A stretch of DNA of 64,000 nt, from the NCBI GenBank assembly GCA_964057225.1, contig OZ059896.1:4712001-4776000 (forward strand). Direction: 5' to 3'. The stretch is from Auanema rhodensis. Lineage: Eukaryota > Animalia > Nematoda. Numbering within the stretch: the stretch's first letter is position 1; each line of letters starts with the position of its first letter. The notes under the pieces are model-generated. The model saw only the letters and a program-made list of their open reading frames with translations, had not been told where the DNA came from and ran no database searches. The translations under genes and the position numbers were made by a program. This document shows positions 35,912-47,900 of the stretch, piece after piece.

Positions 35912-38900
35912 AAATCTGATAACACAGATCGACGCAGCTTAAAAATCCGCATCGAATGCACTATACTACATGGAGAAACGCTCAATACAAAAATTAGTTA
36001 TGATCGTTTGAAAAATGATGCATTAGTGTATGTTGAGTTTTCATGTACACTCAACAATGCATCCAAAAACATTTTGACAAAAATTTTCCCGAAAAATTTC
36101 AAAATAATTTCACAAAAAGTAGATGTTTTTAGATTCCTTTTTTCAAGACAAAGACGATGGACATTGTTATTCAACAAAAAAATTAATTCTTCAGGGTGAA
36201 AATCGAGGATATAAGTGTGAACTTATATCAGTTGATATCTCGGTGCATTTTTAAGCTAGCGCAAATCTGATAACACAGATCGACGCAGCTTAAAAATCCA
36301 CATCGAATGCACTATACTACATTGGGAAACACTCAATACAAAAATTAGTTATGATCGTTTGAAAAATGATGCATTAGTGTATGTTGAGTTTCCATGTACA
36401 CTCAACATTGCTTCCAAAAACATTTTGACAAAAATTTTCCCGAAAAATTTCAAAATAATTTCACAAAAAGTAGATGTTTTTAGATTCCTTTTTTCAAGAC
36501 AAAGACGATGGACATTGTTATTCAACAAAAAAATTAATTCTTCAGGGTGAAAATCGAGGATATAAGTGTGAACTTATATCAGTTGATATCTCGGTGCATT
36601 TTTAAGCTAGCGCAAATCTGATAACACAGATCGACGCAGCTTAAAAATCCACATCGAATGCACTATACTACATTGGGAAACACTCAATACAAAAATTAGT
36701 TATGATCGTTTGAAAAATGATGCATTAGTGTATGTTGAGTTTCCATGTACACTCAACATTGCTTCCAAAAACATTTTGACAAAAATTTTCCCGAAAAATT
36801 TCAAAATAATTTCACAAAAAGTAGATGTTTTTAGATTCCTTTTTTCAAGACAAAGACGATGGACATTGGTATTCAACAAAAAAATTAATTCTTCACGGTG
36901 AAAATCGAGGATATAAGTGTGAACTTATATCAGTTGATATCTCGGTGCATTTTTAAGCTAGCGCAAATCTGATAACACAGATCGACGCAGCTTAAAAATC
37001 CACATCGAATGCACTATACTACATTGGGAAACACTCAATACAAAAATTAGTTATGATCGTTTGAAAAATGATGCATTAGTGTATGTTGAGTTTCCATGTA
37101 CACTCAACATTGCTTCCAAAAACATTTTGACAAAAATTTTCCCGAAAAATTTCAAAATAATTTCACAAAAAGTAGATGTTTTTAGATTCCTTTTTTCAAG
37201 ACAAAGACGATGGACATTGTTATTCAACAAAAAAATTAATTCTTCACGGTGAAAATCGAGGATATAAGTGTGAACCTATATCAGTTGATATCTCGGTGCA
37301 TTTTCAAGCTAGCGCAAATCTGATAACACAGATCGACGCAGCTTAAAAATCCGCATCGAATGCACTATACTACATGGAGAAACGCTCAATACAAAAATTA
37401 GTTATGATCGTTTGAAAAATGATGCATTAGTGTATGTTGAGTTTCCATGTACACTCAACAATGCTTCCAAAAACATTTTGACAAAAATTTTCCCGAAAAA
37501 TTTCAAAATAATTTCACAAAAAGTAGATGTTTTTAGATTCCTTTTTTCAAGACAAAGACGATGGACATTGTTATTCAACAAAAAAATTAATTCTTCACGG
37601 TGAAAATCGAGGATATAAGTGTGAACCTATATCAGTTGATATCTCGGTGCATTTTCAAGCTAGCGCAAATCTGATAACACAGATCGACGCAGCTTAAAAA
37701 TCCGCATCGAATGCACTATACTACATGGAGAAACGCTCAATACAAAAATTAGTTATGATCGTTTGAAAAATGATGCATTAGTGTATGTTGAGTTTTCATG
37801 TACACTCAACAATGCATCCAAAAACATTTTGACAAAAATTTTCCCGAAAAATTTCAAAATAATTTCACAAAAAGTAGATGTTTTTAGATTCCTTTTTTCA
37901 AGACAAAGACGATGGACAATGTTATTCAACGAAAAAATTAAATCTTCAGGGTGAAAATCGAGGATATAAGTGTGAACCTATATCAGTTGATATCCCGGTG
38001 CATTTTCAAGCTAGCGCAAATCTGATAACACAGATCGACGCAGCTTAAAAATCCGCATCGAATGCACTATACTACATTGAGAAAAGCTAAATACAAAAAT
38101 TAGTTATGATCGTTTGAAAAATGATGCATTAGTGTATGTTGAGTTTCCATGTACACTCAACATTGCTTCCAAAAACATTTTGACAAAAATTTTCCCGAAA
38201 AATTTCAAAATAATTTCACAAAAAGTAGATGTTTTTAGATTCCTTTTTTCAAGACAAAGACGATGGACATTGTTATTCAACAAAAAAATTAATTCTTCAC
38301 GGTGAAAATCGAGGATATAAGTGTGAACTTATATCAGTTGATATCTCGGTGCATTTTTAAGCTAGCGCAAATCTGATAACACAGATCGACGCAGCTTAAA
38401 AATCCACATCGAATGCACTATACTACATTGGGAAACACTCAATACAAAAATTAGTTATGATCGTTTGAAAAATGATGCATTAGTGTATGTTGAGTTTCCA
38501 TGTACACTCAACATTGCTTCCAAAAACATTTTGACAAAAATTTTCCCGAAAAATTTCAAAATAATTTCACAAAAAGTAGATGTTTTTAGATTCCTTTTTT
38601 CAAGACAAAGACGATGGACATTGTTATTCAACAAAAAAATTAATTCTTCACGGTGAAAATCGAGGATATAAGTGTGAACTTATATCAGTTGATATCTCGG
38701 TGCATTTTTAAGCTAGCGCAAATCTGATAACACAGATCGACGCAGCTTAAAAATCCACATCGAATGCACTATACTACATTGGGAAACACTCAATACAAAA
38801 ATTAGTTATGATCGTTTGAAAAATGATGCATTAGTGTATGTTGAGTTTCCATGTACACTCAACATTGCTTCCAAAAACATTTTGACAAAAATTTTCCCGA

Positions 38901-41900
38901 AAAATTTCAAAATAATTTCACAAAAAGTAGATGTTTTTAGATTCCTTTTTTCAAGACAAAGACGATGGACATTGTTATTCAACAAAAAAATTAATTCTTC
39001 ACGGTGAAAATCGAGGATATAAGTGTGAACTTATATCAGTTGATATCTCGGTGCATTTTTAAGCTAGCGCAAATCTGATAACACAGATCGACGCAGCTTA
39101 AAAATCCGCATCGAATGCACTATACTACATGGAGAAACGCTCAATACAAAAATTAGTTATGATCGTTTGAAAAATGATGCATTAGTGTATGTTGAGTTTC
39201 CATGTACACTCAACAATGCTTCCAAAAACATTTTGACAAAAATTTTCCCGAAAAATTTCAAAATAATTTCACAAAAAGTAGATGTTTTTAGATTCCTTTT
39301 TTCAAGACAAAGACGATGGACATTGTTATTCAACAAAAAAATTAATTCTTCACGGTGAAAATCGAGGATATAAGTGTGAACCTATATCAGTTGATATCTC
39401 GGTGCATTTTCAAGCTAGCGCAAATCTGATAACACAGATCGACGCAGCTTAAAAATCCGCATCGAATGCACTATACTACATGGAGAAACGCTCAATACAA
39501 AAATTAGTTATGATCGTTTGAAAAATGATGCATTAGTGTATGTTGAGTTTCCATGTACACTCAACAATGCTTCCAAAAACATTTTGACAAAAATTTTCCC
39601 GAAAAATTTCAAAATAATTTCACAAAAAGTAGATGTTTTTAGATTCCTTTTTTCAAGACAAAGACGATGGACATTGTTATTCAACAAAAAAATTAATTCT
39701 TCACGGTGAAAATCGAGGATATAAGTGTGAACCTATATCAGTTGATATCTCGGTGCATTTTCAAGCTAGCGCAAATCTGATAACACAGATCGACGCAGCT
39801 TAAAAATCCGCATCGAATGCACTATACTACATGGAGAAACGCTCAATACAAAAATTAGTTATGATCGTTTGAAAAATGATGCATTAGTGTATGTTGAGTT
39901 TCCATGTACACTCAACAATGCTTCCAAAAACATTTTGACAAAAATTTTCCCGAAAAATTTCAAAATAATTTCACAAAAAGTAGATGTTTTTAGATTCCTT
40001 TTTTCAAGACAAAGACGATGGACATTGTTATTCAACAAAAAAATTAATTCTTCACGGTGAAAATCGAGGATATAAGTGTGAACCTATATCAGTTGATATC
40101 TCGGTGCATTTTCAAGCTAGCGCAAATCTGATAACACAGATCGACGCAGCTTAAAAATCCGCATCGAATGCACTATACTACATGGAGAAACGCTCAATAC
40201 AAAAATTAGTTATGATCGTTTGAAAAATGATGCATTAGTGTATGTTGAGTTTCCATGTACACTCAACAATGCTTCCAAAAACATTTTGACAAAAATTTTC
40301 CCGAAAAATTTCAAAATAATTTCACAAAAAGTAGATGTTTTTAGATTCCTTTTTTCAAGACAAAGACGATGGACATTGTTATTCAACAAAAAAATTAATT
40401 CTTCACGGTGAAAATCGAGGATATAAGTGTGAACCTATATCAGTTGATATCTCGGTGCATTTTCAAGCTAGCGCAAATCTGATAACACAGATCGACGCAG
40501 CTTAAAAATCCGCATCGAATGCACTATACTACATGGAGAAACGCTCAATACAAAAATTAGTTATGATCGTTTGAAAAATGATGCATTAGTGTATGTTGAG
40601 TTTCCATGTACACTCAACAATGCTTCCAAAAACATTTTGACAAAAATTTTCCCGAAAAATTTCAAAATAATTTCACAAAAAGTAGATGTTTTTAGATTCC
40701 TTTTTTCAAGACAAAGACGATGGACATTGTTATTCAACAAAAAAATTAATTCTTCACGGTGAAAATCGAGGATATAAGTGTGAACCTATATCAGTTGATA
40801 TCTCGGTGCATTTTCAAGCTAGCGCAAATCTGATAACACAGATCGACGCAGCTTAAAAATCCGCATCGAATGCACTATACTACATTGAGAAAAGCTAAAT
40901 ACAAAAATTAGTTATGATCGTTTGAAAAATGATGCATTAGTGTATGTTGAGTTTCCATGTACACTCAACAATGCTTCCAAAAACATTTTGACAAAAATTT
41001 TCCCGAAAAATTTCAAAATAATTTCACAAAAAGTAGATGTTTTTAGATTCCTCTTTTCAAGACAAAGACGATGGACATTGTTATTCAACAAAAAAAAATT
41101 AATTCTTCACGGTGAAAATCGAGGATATAAGTGTGAACCTATATCAGTTGATATCTCGGTGCATTTTCAAGCTAGCGCAAATCTGATAACACAGATCGAC
41201 GCAGCTTAAAAATCCGCATCGAATGCACTATACTACATGGAGAAACGCTTAATACAAAAATTAGTTATGATCGTTTGAAAAATGATGCATTAGTGTATGT
41301 TGAGTTTCCATGTACACTCAACAATGCTTCCAAAAACATTTTGACAAAAATTTTCCCGAACAATTTCAAAATAATTTCACAAAAAGTAGATGTTTTTAGA
41401 TTCCTTTTTTCAAGACAAAGACGATGGACAATGTTATTCAACGAAAAAATTAAATCTTCAGGGTGAAAATCGAGGATATAAGTGTGAACCTATATCAGTT
41501 GATATCTCGGTTCATTTTTAAGCTAGCGCAAATCTGATAACACAGATCGACGCAGCTTAAAAATCCGCATCGAATGTACTATACTACATTAAGAAACGCT
41601 CAATACAAAAATTAGTTATGATTGTTTGAAAAATGATGCATTAGTGTATGTTGAGTTTCCATGTACACTCAACATTGCTTCCAAAAACATTTTGACAAAC
41701 ATTTTCCCGAAAAATTTCAGAATAAATTTACAAAAAGTAGATGTTTTTAGATTCCTTTTTTCAAGACAAAGACGATGGACATTGTCATTCAACAAAAAAA
41801 TTAATTCTTCACGGTGAAAATCGAGGATATAAGTGTGAACCTATATCAGTTGATATCTCGGTGCATTTTCAAGCTAGCGCAAATCTGATAACACAGATCG

Positions 41901-44900
41901 ACGCAGCTTAAAAATCCACATCGAATGCACTATACTACATTGGGAAACACTCAATACAAAAATTAGTTATGATCGTTTGAAAAATGATGCATTAGTGTAT
42001 GTTGAGTTTCCATGTACACTCAACATTGCTTCCAAAAACATTTTGACAAAAATTTTCCCGAAAAATTTCAAAATAATTTCACAAAAAGTAGATGTTTTTA
42101 GATTCCTTTTTTCAAGACAAAGACGATGGACATTGTTATTCAACAAAAAAATTAATTCTTCACGGTGAAAATCGAGGATATAAGTGTGAACTTATATCAG
42201 TTGATATCTCGGTGCATTTTTAAGCTAGCGCAAATCTGATAACACAGATCGACGCAGCTTAAAAATCCACATCGGATGCACTATACTACATTGGGAAACA
42301 CTCAATACAAAAATTAGTTATGATCGTTTGAAAAATGATGCATTAGTGTATGTTGAGTTTCCATGTACACTCAACATTGCTTCCAAAAACATTTTGACAA
42401 AAATTTTCCCGAAAAATTTCAAAATAATTTCACAAAAAGTAGATGTTTTTAGATTCCTTTTTTCAAGACAAAGACGATGGACATTGTTATTCAACAAAAA
42501 AATTAATTCTTCAGGGTGAAAATCGAGGATATAAGTGTGAACTTATATCAGTTGATATCTCGGTGCATTTTTAAGCTAGCGCAAATCTGATAACACAGAT
42601 CGACGCAGCTTAAAAATCCACATCGAATGCACTATACTACATTGGGAAACACTCAATACAAAAATTAGTTATGATCGTTTGAAAAATGATGCATTAGTGT
42701 ATGTTGAGTTTCCATGTACACTCAACATTGCTTCCAAAAACATTTTGACAAAAATTTTCCCGAAAAATTTCAAAATAATTTCCCAAAAAGTAGATGTTTT
42801 TAGATTCCTTTTTTCAAGACAAAGACGATGGACATTGTTATTCAACAAAAAAATTAATTCTTCACGGTGAAAATCGAGGATATAAGTGTGAACCTATATC
42901 AGTTGATATCTCGGTGCATTTTCAAGCTAGCGCAAATCTGATAACACAGATCGACGCAGCTTAAAAATCCGCATCGAATGCACTATACTACATTAAGAAA
43001 AGCTTAATACAAAAATTAGTTATGATCGTTTGAAAAATGATGCATTAGTGTATGTTGAGTTTCCATGTACACTCAACATTGCTTCCAAAAACATTTTGAC
43101 AAAAATTTTCCCGAAAAATTTCAAAATAATTTCACAAAAAGTAGATGTTTTTAGATTCCTTTTTTCAAGACAAAGACGATGGACATTGTTATTCAACAAA
43201 AAAATTAATTCTTCAGGGTGAAAATCGAGGATATAAGTGTGAACTTATATCAGTTGATATCTCGGTGCATTTTTAAGCTAGCGCAAATCTGATAACACAG
43301 ATCGACGCAGCTTAAAAATCCACATCGGATGCACTATACTACATTGGGAAACACTCAATACAAAAATTAGTTATGATCGTTTGAAAAATGATGCATTAGT
43401 GTATGTTGAGTTTCCATGTACACTCAACATTGCTTCCAAAAACATTTTGACAAAAATTTTCCCGAAAAATTTCAAAATAATTTCACAAAAAGTAGATGTT
43501 TTTAGATTCCTTTTTTCAAGACAAAGACGATGGACATTGTTATTCAACAAAAAAATTAATTCTTCAGGGTGAAAATCGAGGATATAAGTGTGAACTTATA
43601 TCAGTTGATATCTCGGTGCATTTTTAAGCTAGCGCAAATCTGATAACACAGATCGACGCAGCTTAAAAATCCACATCGAATGCACTATACTACATTGGGA
43701 AACACTCAATACAAAAATTAGTTATGATCGTTTGAAAAATGATGCATTAGTGTATGTTGAGTTTCCATGTACACTCAACATTGCTTCCAAAAACATTTTG
43801 ACAAAAATTTTCCCGAAAAATTTCAAAATAATTTCCCAAAAAGTAGATGTTTTTAGATTCCTTTTTTCAAGACAAAGACGATGGACATTGTTATTCAACA
43901 AAAAAATTAATTCTTCACGGTGAAAATCGAGGATATAAGTGTGAACCTATATCAGTTGATATCTCGGTGCATTTTCAAGCTAGCGCAAATCTGATAACAC
44001 AGATCGACGCAGCTTAAAAATCCGCATCGAATGCACTATACTACATTAAGAAAAGCTTAATACAAAAATTAGTTATGATCGTTTGAAAAATGATGCATTA
44101 GTGTATGTTGAGTTTCCATGTACACTCAACATTGCTTCCAAAAACATTTTGACAAAAATTTTCCCGAAAAATTTCAAAATAATTTCACAAAAAGTAGATG
44201 TTTTTAGATTCCTTTTTTCAAGACAAAGACGATGGACATTGTTATTCAACAAAAAAATTAATTCTTCAGGGTGAAAATCGAGGATATAAGTGTGAACTTA
44301 TATCAGTTGATATCTCGGTGCATTTTTAAGCTAGCGCAAATCTGATAACACAGATCGACGCAGCTTAAAAATCCACATCGGATGCACTATACTACATTGG
44401 GAAACACTCAATACAAAAATTAGTTATGATCGTTTGAAAAATGATGCATTAGTGTATGTTGAGTTTCCATGTACACTCAACATTGCTTCCAAAAACATTT
44501 TGACAAAAATTTTCCCGAAAAATTTCAAAATAATTTCACAAAAAGTAGATGTTTTTAGATTCCTTTTTTCAAGACAAAGACGATGGACATTGTTATTCAA
44601 CAAAAAAATTAATTCTTCAGGGTGAAAATCGAGGATATAAGTGTGAACTTATATCAGTTGATATCTCGGTGCATTTTTAAGCTAGCGCAAATCTGATAAC
44701 ACAGATCGACGCAGCTTAAAAATCCACATCGAATGCACTATACTACATTGGGAAACACTCAATACAAAAATTAGTTATGATCGTTTGAAAAATGATGCAT
44801 TAGTGTATGTTGAGTTTCCATGTACACTCAACATTGCTTCCAAAAACATTTTGACAAAAATTTTCCCGAAAAATTTCAAAATAATTTCCCAAAAAGTAGA

Positions 44901-47900
44901 TGTTTTTAGATTCCTTTTTTCAAGACAAAGACGATGGACATTGTTATTCAACAAAAAAATTAATTCTTCACGGTGAAAATCGAGGATATAAGTGTGAACC
45001 TATATCAGTTGATATCTCGGTGCATTTTCAAGCTAGCGCAAATCTGATAACACAGATCGACGCAGCTTAAAAATCCGCATCGAATGCACTATACTACATT
45101 AAGAAAAGCTTAATACAAAAATTAGTTATGATCGTTTGAAAAATGATGCATTAGTGTATGTTGAGTTTCCATGTACACTCAACATTGCTTCCAAAAACAT
45201 TTTGACAAAAATTTTCCCGAAAAATTTCAAAATAATTTCACAAAAAGTAGATGTTTTTAGATTTCTTTTTTCAAGACAAAGACGATGGACATTGTTATTC
45301 AACAAAAAAATTAATTCTTCAGGGTGAAAATCGAGGATATAAGTGTGAACTTATATCAGTTGATATCTCGGTGCATTTTTAAGCTAGCGCAAATCTGATA
45401 ACACAGATCGACGCAGCTTAAAAATCCGCATCGAATGCACTATACTACATTAAGAAAAGCTTAATACAAAAATTAGTTATGATCGTTTGAAAAATGATGC
45501 ATTAGTGTATGTTGAGTTTCCATGTACACTCAACATTGCTTCCAAAAACATTTTGACAAAAATTTTCCCGAAAAATTTCAAAATAATTTCACAAAAAGTA
45601 GATGTTTTTAGATTTCTTTTTTCAAGACAAAGACGATGGACATTGTTATTCAACAAAAAAATTAATTCTTCAGGGTGAAAATCGAGGATATAAGTGTGAA
45701 CTTATATCAGTTGATATCTCGGTGCATTTTTAAGCTAGCGCAAATCTGATAACACAGATCGACGCAGCTTAAAAATCCACATCGAATGCACTATACTACA
45801 TTGGGAAACACTCAATACAAACATTAGTTATGATCGTTTGAAAAATGATGCATTAGTGTATGTTGAGTTTCCATGTACACTCAACATTGCTTCCAAAAAC
45901 ATTTTGACAAAAATTTTCCCGAAAAATTTCAAAATAATTTCACAAAAAGTAGATGTTTTTAGATTCCTTTTTTCAAGACAAAGACGATGGACATTGTTAT
46001 TCAACAAAAAAATTAATTCTTCAGGGTGAAAATCGAGGATATAAGTGTGAACTTATATCAGTTGATATCTCGGTGCATTTTTAAGCTAGCGCAAATCTGA
46101 TAACACAGATCGACGCAGCTTAAAAATCCACATCGAATGCACTATACTACATTGGGAAACACTCAATACAAAAATTAGTTATGATCGTTTGAAAAATGAT
46201 GCATTAGTGTATGTTGAGTTTCCATGTACACTCAACATTGCTTCCAAAAACATTTTGACAAAAATTTTCCCGAAAAATTTCAAAATAATTTCCCAAAAAG
46301 TAGATGTTTTTAGATTCCTTTTTTCAAGACAAAGACGATGGACATTGTTATTCAACAAAAAAATTAATTCTTCACGGTGAAAATCGAGGATATAAGTGTG
46401 AACCTATATCAGTTGATATCTCGGTGCATTTTCAAGCTAGCGCAAATCTGATAACACAGATCGACGCAGCTTAAAAATCCGCATCGAATGCACTATACTA
46501 CATTAAGAAAAGCTTAATACAAAAATTAGTTATGATCGTTTGAAAAATGATGCATTAGTGTATGTTGAGTTTCCATGTACACTCAACATTGCTTCCAAAA
46601 ACATTTTGACAAAAATTTTCCCGAAAAATTTCAAAATAATTTCACAAAAAGTAGATGTTTTTAGATTCCTTTTTTCAAGACAAAGACGATGGACATTGTT
46701 ATTCAACAAAAAAATTAATTCTTCACGGTGAAAATCGAGGATATAAGTGTGAACTTATATCAGTTGATATCTCGGTGCATTTTTAAGCTAGCGCAAATCT
46801 GATAACACAGATCGACGCAGCTTAAAAATCCACATCGAATGCACTATACTACATTGGGAAACACTCAATACAAACATTAGTTATGATCGTTTGAAAAATG
46901 ATGCATTAGTGTATGTTGAGTTTCCATGTACACTCAACATTGCTTCCAAAAACATTTTGACAAAAATTTTCCCGAAAAATTTCAAAATAATTTCACAAAA
47001 AGTAGATGTTTTTAGATTCCTTTTTTCAAGACAAAGACGATGGACATTGTTATTCAACAAAAAAATTAATTCTTCAGGGTGAAAATCGAGGATATAAGTG
47101 TGAACTTATATCAGTTGATATCTCGGTGCATTTTTAAGCTAGCGCAAATCTGATAACACAGATCGACGCAGCTTAAAAATCCACATCGAATGCACTATAC
47201 TACATTGGGAAACACTCAATACAAAAATTAGTTATGATCGTTTGAAAAATGATGCATTAGTGTATGTTGAGTTTCCATGTACACTCAACATTGCTTCCAA
47301 AAACATTTTGACAAAAATTTTCCCGAAAAATTTCAAAATAATTTCCCAAAAAGTAGATGTTTTTAGATTCCTTTTTTCAAGACAAAGACGATGGACATTG
47401 TTATTCAACAAAAAAATTAATTCTTCACGGTGAAAATCGAGGATATAAGTGTGAACCTATATCAGTTGATATCTCGGTGCATTTTCAAGCTAGCGCAAAT
47501 CTGATAACACAGATCGACGCAGCTTAAAAATCCGCATCGAATGCACTATACTACATTAAGAAAAGCTTAATACAAAAATTAGTTATGATCGTTTGAAAAA
47601 TGATGCATTAGTGTATGTTGAGTTTCCATGTACACTCAACATTGCTTCCAAAAACATTTTGACAAAAATTTTCCCGAAAAATTTCAAAATAATTTCACAA
47701 AAAGTAGATGTTTTTAGATTCCTTTTTTCAAGACAAAGACGATGGACATTGTTATTCAACAAAAAAATTAATTCTTCACGGTGAAAATCGAGGATATAAG
47801 TGTGAACCTATATCAGTTGATATCTCGGTGCATTTTCAAGCTAGCGCAAATCTGATAACACAGATCGACGCAGCTTAAAAATCCGCATCGAATGCACTAT

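Larger units (their letters stand above)
34827..35913 (-). repeat. Right arm of the ~1.09-kb long inverted repeat (partner 15681-16768)
   Basis: Reverse complement of the left arm, including all histone-derived parts. Confidence 0.97.
35321..35913. mobile_element. Second copy of the cassette bounded by 24-bp inverted repeats (593 bp)
   Basis: TTACTTCAACTTCTAATCAACAAC at 35321-35344 and its reverse complement at 35890-35913. Confidence 0.5.

Noticed and set aside
15681-35913. Whole palindrome as a fold-back read or assembly artefact
   Set aside because: The arms differ at several sites, the inner junctions differ, and the flanking arrays are distinct subfamilies. Spanning reads are still needed for proof.
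15681-35913. Telomeric repeats at the junctions as a sign of end-to-end fusion
   Set aside because: No TTAGGC, TTAGG or TTAGGG tracts were seen at any junction.
35785-35985. 66-aa ORF crossing the satellite-arm junction
   Set aside because: It is a chimera of satellite and non-coding histone 3' sequence with no recognisable homology, and no equivalent ORF is listed at the mirror junction.
35912-36262. 351-bp unit as a tRNA, 5S, snRNA or spliced-leader gene repeat
   Set aside because: I could not see a cloverleaf, A/B boxes, the SL1 22-mer or 5S similarity. An Infernal/Rfam scan would settle it.
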